From positions 2,437 to 34,436 of the forward strand of contig JANQHX010000021.1 in assembly GCA_028282465.1 (NCBI GenBank): a DNA stretch of 32,000 bases, written 5' to 3'. This document shows, in pieces, positions 17,560-26,488 of the stretch (its first letter is position 1; each line of letters starts with the position of its first letter). Position numbers and translations under genes: made by a program. The notes under the pieces were generated by a model. The model saw only the letters and a program-made list of their open reading frames with translations. It did no database searches and was not told the origin of the DNA. This DNA comes from Gynuella sp. (GTDB lineage: Bacteria > Pseudomonadota > Gammaproteobacteria > Pseudomonadales > Natronospirillaceae).

Positions 17560-18237
17560 ATGAAAACAGTGTTAGTTACTGGTGGCAATCGAGGTATTGG
17601 CAAGGCCATCGTGGTTGGGTTAGCTCAGCAGGGCTATAAGGTGTTGTTGGGGTGTCGTAATTTAAATGCTGGGGAAGATGTCGCCAAAGAAATTCAAGGC
17701 GATATTGTTCCTGTCGCTTTGGATCTGATGGATACATCTGTTTTATTATCTCAAATTGAAGATTTACTAACTCAATTTCCGCAGATTGATATTCTGGTTA
17801 ATAATGCTGGTGTACTTTATGAAGGCGGTGTTGTCACCGGCGACATGGCTGAAATGGCAGAAACCATTCAAGTGAATGTCATGGCGCCCTATATTTTAAC
17901 CAAGGCCTTAGTGCCTGGAATGCAGAATAGAAATTTTGGTCGCATTGTCAATTTGTCTTCCGGCTGGGGATCATTTTCTGAGGGTTTAGCTGGCCCGGCT
18001 TCTTATTCCATTAGTAAAGCGGCCATTAATGGTTTAACTGTTACCCTTGCAAAAGAGTTGTCTGGTGATGTGACTGTGAATTCAATGTGCCCAGGCTGGG
18101 TCCATACTCGCATGGGGGGAGAAGCCGCTCCGCGAACTCCAGAGCAGGGCGCAGAAACTGCTATTTGGTTAGCCTCCCAAGACGCTGGTGGCCCTAATGG
18201 ACAATTCTTTAGAGACAAAACCCCCATCAACTGGTAA
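17560..18237 (+). CDS. SDR-family oxidoreductase (carbonyl-reductase-like)
   Basis: Motifs TGGNRGIGKAI (dinucleotide-binding), NNAG, and catalytic YSISKAA (YxxxK). Confidence 0.85.
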   Translation: MKTVLVTGGNRGIGKAIVVGLAQQGYKVLLGCRNLNAGEDVAKEIQGDIVPVALDLMDTSVLLSQIEDLLTQFPQIDILVNNAGVLYEGGVVTGDMAEMAETIQVNVMAPYILTKALVPGMQNRNFGRIVNLSSGWGSFSEGLAGPASYSISKAAINGLTVTLAKELSGDVTVNSMCPGWVHTRMGGEAAPRTPEQGAETAIWLASQDAGGPNGQFFRDKTPINW

Positions 18238-18333
18238 GTCATTTATTGATTCAACTTTTACGTTCGACTGGCTCAGGGTGATTCGTTCTCTTGAGTGAGT
18301 TTTACTGCTTTAAATATTTGAAGGTTAGCTGTT

Positions 18334-19272
18334 TTGAAAAAGATCATTACGATTACATTGAACCCGGCGTTGGATTGCAACGCCACCACAGAACGTATTT
18401 ACGCTGACGGTAAATTACGTTGTGATTCACCAACCTTCGACCCAGGTGGTGGCGGAGTAAATGTCTCCCGTGCTATTAAAAAATTGGGGGGTGATTCTCT
18501 GGCGATTTATCCAAGCGGTGGCTCCACCGGGAAACACTACTCTAATTTATTGTATGCCGAGGGCATCGACACTTTAGTTGTGCCCATCACGGATTGGACT
18601 CGCCAAAACATGACAGTGGTAACCACCACAGATAATCAACAATACCGATTTGTTATGCCGGGCGCGGAATTAAATTCAGATGAGCAACAGGAATTTTTAG
18701 CTGAAATTGAAAATCTGGATGCGGAATACTGTGTCATCAGTGGTAGCTTTCCAGCGGGCACTGAAGACAACTTTTTAAAAGCTCTGTTGAGCCTGTGCAA
18801 AAAGAGAGGATTCAAAATTATTTTTGACAGTTCAGCGGAGTCTTTAATTAAAGCGGTTGAATTGGGTGGATTGTATTTAATTAAACCCAACGGCGCGGAG
18901 TTGGCTGAAATGGCAGGTATGGAAGTAGAAGACCCTGACGATTTAGAAACCCAGGCCAAATCGCTGATTCAACAAGGGAAAGCTGAGGTTGTGATGGTTT
19001 CTTTGGGGCCACAAGGGGCGTTACTGGTTACCAAGGATAAATGCGAACAAATTGTTCCACCTCGTGTTAGAAAAAATAGCACTGTCGGCGCTGGGGATTC
19101 TATGGTGGGTTCTACTGTACTTGCTCTTTCAGAAGGTATGTCGGTTCGTGAAGCTGCTCGCCGCGGTGTAGCTGCTGGTACTGCCGCAACTATGAATCAT
19201 GGCACTGAGCTGTGTAAAAAAGAGGACGTAGATAAAATCTATGCCTGGTTATTGGAGCACTATCCTTTATAG
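18334..19272 (+). CDS. pfkB: PfkB-family hexose-phosphate kinase (1-phosphofructokinase / 6-phosphofructokinase II type)
   Basis: 312 aa with a TTG start. It has the N-terminal TLNPALD motif, PGGGGVNVSR, and the C-terminal GAGDSMVG anion-hole motif of the ribokinase/PfkB superfamily. Confidence 0.75.
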   Translation: MKKIITITLNPALDCNATTERIYADGKLRCDSPTFDPGGGGVNVSRAIKKLGGDSLAIYPSGGSTGKHYSNLLYAEGIDTLVVPITDWTRQNMTVVTTTDNQQYRFVMPGAELNSDEQQEFLAEIENLDAEYCVISGSFPAGTEDNFLKALLSLCKKRGFKIIFDSSAESLIKAVELGGLYLIKPNGAELAEMAGMEVEDPDDLETQAKSLIQQGKAEVVMVSLGPQGALLVTKDKCEQIVPPRVRKNSTVGAGDSMVGSTVLALSEGMSVREAARRGVAAGTAATMNHGTELCKKEDVDKIYAWLLEHYPL

Positions 19273-19319
19273 GGCAGGGCTAAGTACTCTATAAATCTAA
19301 GCGCTCCTGAAACCTATGT

Positions 19320-19478
19320 TTATGGTTTTTTAACCCAATTATCATTGCTGCATATATACGGCCCAATGGTACTGCCTGTGGGGTAGGTAACACCGTTATA
19401 TATGCAGTCTGCTTTTACTGGAAATGCAAAGCCAGATAAAATCAGAATAAGTATCCATTTCATTATTAGTAATTTCAT
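19320..19478 (-). CDS. Small secreted Cys-pair peptide (52 aa; absent from the ORF track)
   Basis: Hand translation gives MKLLIMKWILILILSGFAFPVKADCIYNGVTYPTGSTIGPYICSNDNWVKKP. GGGAGG (minus-strand sense of 19487-19492) lies 8 nt upstream of the ATG. There is a clear signal peptide with a VKA cleavage context. The ORF sits 24 nt downstream of the stop of the 19503..20015 gene on the same strand. Confidence 0.45.
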   Translation of the reverse strand: MKLLIMKWILILILSGFAFPVKADCIYNGVTYPTGSTIGPYICSNDNWVKKP

Positions 19479-19502
19479 AAATTATACCTCCCTATTGTTA
19501 CC

Positions 19503-20015
19503 TCAGGATTTGACAGCGAACATTTGTCCATCAGGTGCCACTGAAACCATCACCAGTTTTATATTTGATTCACTATTTGAGTCCCAGCCCAATAGCAAAG
19601 TATCGTCTTCACTTAATTGAATGTGCTCTTGATTATTTGGGCAGGGGATTACTAGTTTTGCAAATACCTGAACCATTCTTTCTGGTGATTCATTGTCTAC
19701 AACCAATAAATACTTCTGGCCATAGTGCACGCCTTGGCACACGGCGGCTTCGCCTTTAACAAGTGCAACCCCATTTATTTTAACCTGTGACTCAAACTGG
19801 TTAACTGAAGGTCTAATCCAGTTTTCTGTAATGGGTGCTGAAGCCGTTAAAATTGCGAGGGCGAGATTTCCATACATGTAATGTCGGATAGAAAAAAGTA
19901 CCGATGGTTTTGGAGACTTTTTCTGGGTTTCTTGACTTAGTAACTTAAAAGAAAGAAGTGATAATAAGAATACCAAGCCTGGTAATCCTAGTTTTAAGAT
20001 TTCGATAATATCCAT
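19503..20015 (-). CDS. Hypothetical membrane protein
   Basis: 170 aa. A strong RBS AAGGAGG lies upstream of the ATG. There are two N-terminal hydrophobic segments. I recognise no family. Confidence 0.5.
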   Translation of the reverse strand: MDIIEILKLGLPGLVFLLSLLSFKLLSQETQKKSPKPSVLFSIRHYMYGNLALAILTASAPITENWIRPSVNQFESQVKINGVALVKGEAAVCQGVHYGQKYLLVVDNESPERMVQVFAKLVIPCPNNQEHIQLSEDDTLLLGWDSNSESNIKLVMVSVAPDGQMFAVKS

Positions 20016-20274
20016 GAGTCAGTAACCTCCTTGCTACCTTCTATATTTTATTGAAAATCTAAATTGAATGGCTGTCAAATAAATAATCAGTTATTACTGT
20101 AACTGTGAATTGGATAATGGCTTAAATCATCATTGAGATTTAAATCAAAATATAAATTGTTGAATCGGATTCCCTAAGTTTTTTCCTGTCTTTTTATTTG
20201 GGACTCAAAAAATAAGAAACTCCCTAGTGCTCATTCTTATTATTTAATTTTAGGGGAGGGCTTTAAAGATTTAA

Positions 20275-20952
20275 TTAGTCTCGTCTTACTCGAATCAGTA
20301 TTCGTCGGTTCTGAGTTCTGCGTTCTTCAACAGGAATGGTTTCGTCTGTGACCTTGGGGCGCGAATCAGCATAGCCAGAAGCTTTCATTTGCATTGGGTC
20401 TAAGCCCTGTTCTTGAAAATACTTCACTATGTTTGTGGCGCGATTGGAACTGAGCTCCCAGTTGGAATCGTATTTCTCATTGTGAATGGGAACATCATCT
20501 GTATGACCTTCAATTTCGACAATGTAATAACCTTGAAGATTGTTCGAAACCACTTTCGCTACATCATTCAACAGAGGTAATGCCTGTGGTTGTATATCGG
20601 CACTGCCAGAATCGTAAAGCGGAAAGTTAGTAAACTCCAGTAATACGCCTTTGTCATCAATGGTGACATTTGCAAACTGTTCCAGATCTCGAGTTTCGAT
20701 AACGGATTGCCAACCCGCTTCGATATCTCGCAATGGAGTTTGAACCTTTGTGTTGCTGATGGCTTCAGCTAAGCCTTCTTTTAACGCTTCAATTTTGCCT
20801 TGATTTAAATCTGAGACGCTCATGATCATGACAAAAAAAGCAAGCAACAAAGTGATCACATCGGAATAGGTCACTAACCAACTGTCTTGCTCTCCTTCAC
20901 CCCCTAGCCTTGGCCGACGTCGCTCTGCTCCAGGCCGTGTGCGAAGATTCAT
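20275..20952 (-). CDS. MotB/PomB-like stator subunit with OmpA-type peptidoglycan-binding domain
   Basis: The TM segment WLVTYSDVITLLLAFFVMIMSV contains the conserved channel Asp. The C-terminal OmpA-like motifs are IEGHTDDVPI, SNWELSSNRATNIVKYF and NRRILIRV. The start codon directly abuts the upstream stop (TAAATG). Confidence 0.85.
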   Translation of the reverse strand: MNLRTRPGAERRRPRLGGEGEQDSWLVTYSDVITLLLAFFVMIMSVSDLNQGKIEALKEGLAEAISNTKVQTPLRDIEAGWQSVIETRDLEQFANVTIDDKGVLLEFTNFPLYDSGSADIQPQALPLLNDVAKVVSNNLQGYYIVEIEGHTDDVPIHNEKYDSNWELSSNRATNIVKYFQEQGLDPMQMKASGYADSRPKVTDETIPVEERRTQNRRILIRVRRD

Positions 20953-21750
20953 TTAAGATTGCTCGCTTGCCATGTCGTAGTAGGCTTTGGGGTTAATTAA
21001 TGCGTTAAGTCGGTCTTGTATGGTGAGGGCGTCGGCCTTTTCCATCATGAATACAAACCCGTCACACCAGAGTTGATGCCGTAAATATTCCCCTTCCATT
21101 TTTTTAAAAATATGAACGGCGGCAGGTCTGAAAATCAACTGAGCCAGCATGACGCCATAGAGAGTGGTGATTAAGGCCAACGCAAGACCTTTGCCTAAGG
21201 CAGTTATGTCCCCATCCATGTTATCTAACATGATGATTAAGCCGATGATAGTACCAACCATACCAAAGGCCGGTGAGTAACTAGCCATGGTGTGTAACAC
21301 TTTTGCCGATTGAGTTCTTCGAGAAAAATCCGCTTCAATGCGGTTAGATATTAAATAGCGAATCTCTTTAGAATCATAGCCCGCAGTTATTTGTTCTAAA
21401 CAATAAGTTAGAAACTCGTTCTTTTTTTCTTTGTTGGTAAGGGAATTTGAAACCGCTGTGAGACCTTGTTGTCGATAGATTTGGCTCCATTCAATAAAAC
21501 GTTTGATGTCTGACCTCAGGGTGCTGTGGTTGTCGCGCTCTTCACTGAAAGTTCGAAAAAGAGCAAAAATAGCGGTGACAAACTCCTTCATGTTGTAACT
21601 AATAATGGTCGCCGCTGCTGTTCCACCCAACACCATAGCAACACTGGTGGGGCTAATAAAAATAATGAAGTTATCGGTATTCGAGGTGATCGCATAAAAG
21701 AATAATGCGATGGCACCTATGATGCCGATGAGTGTGCTAATAAATGTCAT
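20953..21750 (-). CDS. MotA/PomA-like proton/sodium channel stator subunit
   Basis: 265 aa with four TM segments in the MotA/PomA arrangement (two N-terminal, a cytoplasmic loop, two C-terminal). It carries YSPAFGMVGTIIGLI and ALITTLYGVMLAQLIF. It has an ATGA overlap with the upstream gene. Confidence 0.85.
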   Translation of the reverse strand: MTFISTLIGIIGAIALFFYAITSNTDNFIIFISPTSVAMVLGGTAAATIISYNMKEFVTAIFALFRTFSEERDNHSTLRSDIKRFIEWSQIYRQQGLTAVSNSLTNKEKKNEFLTYCLEQITAGYDSKEIRYLISNRIEADFSRRTQSAKVLHTMASYSPAFGMVGTIIGLIIMLDNMDGDITALGKGLALALITTLYGVMLAQLIFRPAAVHIFKKMEGEYLRHQLWCDGFVFMMEKADALTIQDRLNALINPKAYYDMASEQS

Positions 21751-23687
21751 TCAATGGTTGCCAAATCTTGCATACTGAATTTACCGGTTTTTATTAATTC
21801 ACGAATATGGTGAACAATGGTACGACGAGATTGCTCAACGAGGTTATCGTCCGGTTGAGAGTCTGTGTATTGAAGTTGATCTTGTACCGCAGCTCGTACC
21901 TTTGAAGGCAGTGCTTCTAGAATATATTTCACTAACTGCGGGTTGGCATTTGCGAGCGCCGAGGTCAATTGCTTTCTGTCTACTTCCCGAAGAATTTCAC
22001 CTAGAATTTCAGGTGGTGTTCTGCCTAGATCATTAAAGGTGTAGTAAACCTGTCGTAAGCGATAATAGGTTTCTGGTGAGTCCTGCTTAATTCGGTCTAG
22101 CAACTGATGCTCGTCAGAAGAGGGTAAGTTGTCGAGCATATCAATCAACAGAGCGGTGCCATCGGTATTGAGGTTTTCAAAGCTAGGCACGTTTAAAGAT
22201 TTTTTGGCAAGTCTGTCTGCGACATCTCTAAACGTGGCAATGGGAAATTCATTAAATTGTCCAATTTCGTAAGCAATTTGGCCCTGCTGTGCCGGTGCTA
22301 AATGTTTTAGCAAAGCCGCAGCCCGTGTGGCAGAGACTTGAGACAGTACCAAGGCTTTGATTCTGGGTTCTTCATCTTGCAGAAGGTAAACAATTTGGCC
22401 ATCAGCCAGTCGATCTAAAAATTTAAATGGCTTAGAAGGATGATGCTCCGGAAAGGATGCCTGATCTCGTAGTAATACATGCCTTAGTGCGGTTAACTCG
22501 GAGTGAACTTCATCTGGTGTTAATTGGTTTTGTTCCAGAAATTGAGTGATCTCATAAATCTGTCCAGTGCTGATGGACGGGAATAAGCCTCTGAACAGAG
22601 AGCCCCCTAGAGTCTGGTAGGCGGATGCTAGGGTTTTTAAATAGTTACCACCCAATAGTAAATCTTCAACCCGTCCACTGGCCCGTTCTGGATTACCAAG
22701 GCCAGCGGTAATAATTTCTTGTTTTAGAGATCGGATGTCGGCAACCACTGGTGCTTCAGAGGTTTCGTTGCTGATAGCACTAGGTACGCTAATGGGCGCC
22801 TGGTTTACTGTTGAGTCTGGCGGTAGTGTATATTTAGGCTTTCTAAAAATGAGGATCAGCAACAGTAAAAAAATAGACGCCGCAAAAGCCAGTGCAACCC
22901 AAGGTACCCAAGTTTGCTGCCACCAGTTTAACTCTTCGCTAGTACTATTGGGGTCCAGCGCTTCCGGCATTCTGGTGTCTGGTTCGCTGTTCAATTCATC
23001 AGAAATGGATTCAAAAGGCGTTTTTACCAGAACAAGGCGGTCACCACGAAAGTAATTCAGTTTCAGCTTACTCTCTAAAAGTGTTCTGACAAATTCTTCC
23101 TGAGAGAGACTAATGGTTTCGTCAATTAATATGGTTACCACCAGGTTTTCTATTCTGGAGAAAATGTCCTGACTAGTTTCCAGTATTTCTTCAACGGGCT
23201 CGCCGCTGTCTTCAAAATTAACAAGACTTTCCCGCATGGATTTTAAACTTTCCAGTACCGGTGAATCCGTGGGTGCTGGTACTTCAACGGATGCATCTTC
23301 ACCAAAGGGTAATCCTGGTAGTTGAATGCTTTCTGGCGTGGAGGATTGTTGTTGTTCCAGCGTCTTTTGTTCTAGTTCCTCGATAAGAGCATTGAGGTTT
23401 TGTAATTTTTGTTCTTGAGCTGGGCTTAAAATATAGTCAGGTGCCGCTTTTGGAATGGTACCTCGCAACCGTTGAATACGGGCATCAATATTGATGATGA
23501 AACGATCATTACCCAAGTAGGCTCGAAGGTCTCTGGTAATTCGGTTTTCCATCTGCCCGATGAATTCCATTTCTGTCATCACGTCTTGTTCAGCAGAAAT
23601 GAACTCGTCAACACTCCAAGCTTTGGCGCTTAGCAAAACCAACAAACTGACGCTGACCCATAAAAAGTATTTGTTCATGTTCATCAT
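21747..23687 (-). CDS. Bitopic membrane protein: periplasmic N-terminal half, TM, and FliG-like (middle + C-terminal domain) cytoplasmic half
   Basis: It has a signal/anchor (YFLWVSVSLLVLLSAKAW), an acidic periplasmic region of about 230 aa, and a TM at residues ~256-281 followed by RKPK. Residues ~420-640 show FliG-type motifs: IVYLLQDEEPRIKALVLSQVSATRAAALLKHLAPAQQGQIAYEI (compare LLxxEHPQxxAxxLSxL), VYYTFNDL (compare MFxFxDL) and ILREVDRKQLTSALANA..LPSKVRAAV. Similarity was judged by eye only. Confidence 0.65.
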   Translation of the reverse strand: MMNMNKYFLWVSVSLLVLLSAKAWSVDEFISAEQDVMTEMEFIGQMENRITRDLRAYLGNDRFIINIDARIQRLRGTIPKAAPDYILSPAQEQKLQNLNALIEELEQKTLEQQQSSTPESIQLPGLPFGEDASVEVPAPTDSPVLESLKSMRESLVNFEDSGEPVEEILETSQDIFSRIENLVVTILIDETISLSQEEFVRTLLESKLKLNYFRGDRLVLVKTPFESISDELNSEPDTRMPEALDPNSTSEELNWWQQTWVPWVALAFAASIFLLLLILIFRKPKYTLPPDSTVNQAPISVPSAISNETSEAPVVADIRSLKQEIITAGLGNPERASGRVEDLLLGGNYLKTLASAYQTLGGSLFRGLFPSISTGQIYEITQFLEQNQLTPDEVHSELTALRHVLLRDQASFPEHHPSKPFKFLDRLADGQIVYLLQDEEPRIKALVLSQVSATRAAALLKHLAPAQQGQIAYEIGQFNEFPIATFRDVADRLAKKSLNVPSFENLNTDGTALLIDMLDNLPSSDEHQLLDRIKQDSPETYYRLRQVYYTFNDLGRTPPEILGEILREVDRKQLTSALANANPQLVKYILEALPSKVRAAVQDQLQYTDSQPDDNLVEQSRRTIVHHIRELIKTGKFSMQDLATIE

Positions 23688-24443
23688 TTAGTTAAATAGA
23701 ACTTCCAGACCCTTTCGAACATCTTCCATGTTGGGATCAATTTCTAATGCTTGTTCCCAAGCCGTTTTGGCTTCTTCTCTGCGGCCCATTTTGTAATAAA
23801 TACTGCCCTTTAAGGCATAGGCCAGTGCAAATTCAGGCTGTTGATTGATTGCCTGTAATGTCGCGTTCAATGCACCTAGATAGTCTCGCCGGTAAAACAG
23901 TTGTTGTGCCAATACAATACTGTCGTTAGCAGTCATTCCTGACGATGGCGTCGGGTTTAATGTTGTCTCGGTAATGCCATCTGCATTGGTTGTTTCATCA
24001 ATAGGTAACTCGCGATTACTTGAATTTGGTTGTTCATTCTCTCCCATATCCATGGACTTCAGTTTTTCTGCAACTGCACCTAATGGATCATCAGTCTCTT
24101 CCGATTCAGGTAAGTCCATAACAAAGGCAACGTTTTCTTCGCCAGTATCTAGAATTAAGGAGATGTTATAACCCGGACCATGACGGTCTATGGTGATGAC
24201 TCCGAAGTCATCCTTGCCTCTCTGGTTGAGCTGGGTGGGTTCAATTGGCGAATTCGCTTGTAGAATTTGCGATTCTGTGGGGCTAGTTAATTCAGTGTTT
24301 GCGCTGCTATCGCTAATGGTGACGTCTTCGGTTTTAGACGTTTGTTCAGAAGCCGATGTGCCGTTGTTTTGTCCAAACATGGAACAGGCTGATATCAAAA
24401 ACATGGATGTCATTGTCAGCAAAAAAGGAGTCAGTCTTCTCAT
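23688..24443 (-). CDS. TPR-repeat lipoprotein
   Basis: The preferred start is ATG 24443 (MRRLTPFLLTMTSMFLISACS, lipobox ISAC), which overlaps the upstream stop by 1 nt (TAATG). The track start at 24524 would overlap the upstream gene by 82 nt. A Ser/Thr/Glu-rich linker is followed by C-terminal TPR units (YALKGSIYYKMGRREEAKTAWEQALEIDPN). Confidence 0.7.
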   Translation of the reverse strand: MRRLTPFLLTMTSMFLISACSMFGQNNGTSASEQTSKTEDVTISDSSANTELTSPTESQILQANSPIEPTQLNQRGKDDFGVITIDRHGPGYNISLILDTGEENVAFVMDLPESEETDDPLGAVAEKLKSMDMGENEQPNSSNRELPIDETTNADGITETTLNPTPSSGMTANDSIVLAQQLFYRRDYLGALNATLQAINQQPEFALAYALKGSIYYKMGRREEAKTAWEQALEIDPNMEDVRKGLEVLFN

Positions 24444-25543
24444 TAGAATCGATACCCCAAAGTAATGTCGTAACTTGCCCCGCCAAATTCTGAAGATTCT
24501 TCTAGGCCATCTACTTCTTTCCATTCCACTTCTTGTTCAGGTAAATAAATAACACCTAAATCAATGTAGCCGTTTCTTGTAAAAGGAAATTCGATTCCGT
24601 ATTTGTAGACGAGAGATTGTTGTTCTTTAAAAAATGCCTGGCCCAGTTCCAAATACATGAGTGTTGGCACCCATTGCTCCAACGCGGATATATTAACTTC
24701 CACTCGGCCTTCAATAACAAAGCCCAGCATGTCGAAATAATCTGTTTGGGCAAGATTTGAAAAAGTTTCGAAACCAAGACCATAACTAATGTCTTCGTTG
24801 AGTTCTGAATGCTCTCTGCGTCTAATACCGAATGTGGTCACGCTTGATAATTGACGGTCAGAAACGCCAGTGCCTTCTCGTTCTGCACTGAATCCCCATG
24901 CTCCTACAAATAATTCCCAGTCGACTCGGTCAAACTCTTCTTCATTCAGTTCTTCGTCCCGTTTAGCTAATTCGATTGGGTTTGTTTTTCTAGCGTATTG
25001 CCGAGTCCAAACAACATGGTTATCTGTGGCATCAACCAGTCTCATGTCGACAGTAAATTTTTCTTCATACACATTTGCGCTCCACATAAAAAACCCATCC
25101 ACTTGAAGCTTTCTGGCTAGGTTGCGCATGTCTTTGTTACTTTCTATCGCTTGATTAATACTGAGTTGATCGTTTTGAAGTTTTACTTGAATCAATTTGC
25201 ATTCAACACACTCGGTGACCAAAAACTTTTCGGTATCAATCAACTTTTTAATGATCATGCCTTCGATCATGGTTTCTGTTGACTTAGGTATTTTTTTATA
25301 AAGTCTGTCTTCTGTGTGATACAAGGCTACTCGCATCACAGGTATTTCCAAATCCGCAAGCTCTTGCACAGGTAGTGTGTTTTCATCTTCCATGAGTTCT
25401 GCAAACCCGTTGTAGTAACGAGCCTGTGTTTCCACCAAATTACTGGTCTGCCCAGTTTCAGCCTGAACATAGTTCAAAGTAGAAAATAAAATTGTTACCC
25501 ATGTGGCAAAAAATTGCCGCTCGAGACTGGCTTCAGCCTGCAT
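24443..25543 (-). CDS. Putative secreted/outer-membrane protein (first gene of the stator-rotor operon)
   Basis: The N-terminal hydrophobic segment ends in VQA-E. The C-terminal half has alternating aromatic/hydrophilic patterns and ends GYRF, the terminal Phe typical of beta-barrel OMPs. I recognise no family. Confidence 0.45.
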   Translation of the reverse strand: MQAEASLERQFFATWVTILFSTLNYVQAETGQTSNLVETQARYYNGFAELMEDENTLPVQELADLEIPVMRVALYHTEDRLYKKIPKSTETMIEGMIIKKLIDTEKFLVTECVECKLIQVKLQNDQLSINQAIESNKDMRNLARKLQVDGFFMWSANVYEEKFTVDMRLVDATDNHVVWTRQYARKTNPIELAKRDEELNEEEFDRVDWELFVGAWGFSAEREGTGVSDRQLSSVTTFGIRRREHSELNEDISYGLGFETFSNLAQTDYFDMLGFVIEGRVEVNISALEQWVPTLMYLELGQAFFKEQQSLVYKYGIEFPFTRNGYIDLGVIYLPEQEVEWKEVDGLEESSEFGGASYDITLGYRF

Positions 25544-25699
25544 TGATTGATTCCATATAAAATTTGTGACCTGTTTTTACAGAATAGAACAGAGCTTGAG
25601 GAATGCATGAAAAATGCGTTTTGAAACCAACGAGAATTTCGAAAAGTTTAAAGTTGTAATATCACTGGTGGACTGCACAGGATGTACTAGTTTCATGTT

Positions 25700-26488
25700 A
25701 TGCAGATATTACCTAAAAACTCTGTCTACCGATCTTTAGGGCAGCACCCCTTGATATTGTTGGATAGACCAGAGCATCAAAAACATGACGCCTATGTGTT
25801 TCTTGTTGATAACATCTCCAGAGCCTTGGAAAACCATCCCGTGATCAATGGAGATGCGCTCCCTAAATGGCTGAGTGACGAAAATTCCACCGGGCAACAG
25901 GTGGAGTACTTGATTTTGCAAATGGTCATCTTCTTCAACTTACTTTATTTGTCTGAGAAAACGGGCCGTAAAGCAGAATCGGATAAGTTGTTTATGGATT
26001 TGGCGCACCTGACCTCTGTTCCTGAAAGTCATAACCTATCTGTGTTGAGAGGCTTTTTTCAGTTTGTTCATGAATACGTGAGGTCGTTAAGAATTCCCTT
26101 TGGCCCACTATTAAGGTCAGTGCCTGTGGATCCAATTACGGATTTTGTGAGTTCAGAACTGACTCATCGGCTGTTAAATGGTGCCCCAAGTAGCAGATTG
26201 GCATCGCGCTTTGCACTAGAGAGTTGGTTGGTTTCAGGTTTTTGGGATGAGTTAGCTTCGTCTTTAATGGCTTATAAAAATCAGCTTGATCTGAATTTAA
26301 TGCCGATTAGCTATTTTTCTAGCCCAACTGGCTCTTTTACCCCACCTTGTATCCCACTGGTAGCCGAGATTTACTTTCAATGTGGCATTCATGAAGATCG
26401 GTTTTTGGCGGATGTGGTGTCGACATTGGATTGCATTGATGATTTTTGGAGTTCAATAGGGCGAAAGACACTTTATGCACAGAAATGA
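25700..26488 (+). CDS. Hypothetical protein
   Basis: 262-aa ORF transcribed divergently from the stator-rotor operon. It appears mostly helical. I recognise no family. Confidence 0.45.
   Translation: MQILPKNSVYRSLGQHPLILLDRPEHQKHDAYVFLVDNISRALENHPVINGDALPKWLSDENSTGQQVEYLILQMVIFFNLLYLSEKTGRKAESDKLFMDLAHLTSVPESHNLSVLRGFFQFVHEYVRSLRIPFGPLLRSVPVDPITDFVSSELTHRLLNGAPSSRLASRFALESWLVSGFWDELASSLMAYKNQLDLNLMPISYFSSPTGSFTPPCIPLVAEIYFQCGIHEDRFLADVVSTLDCIDDFWSSIGRKTLYAQK
26473..26481 (+). promoter_or_regulatory. DnaA box (TTATGCACA)
   Basis: Perfect match to the consensus TTATNCACA. It is followed by GAAA, as are the two TTATCCACA boxes downstream. Confidence 0.55.

Noticed and set aside
24444-24524. 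Upstream start (24524) for the TPR lipoprotein.
   Set aside because: It adds 27 residues ahead of a clean lipoprotein signal peptide and overlaps the upstream gene by 82 nt. ATG 24443 gives the classic stop/start TAATG junction.
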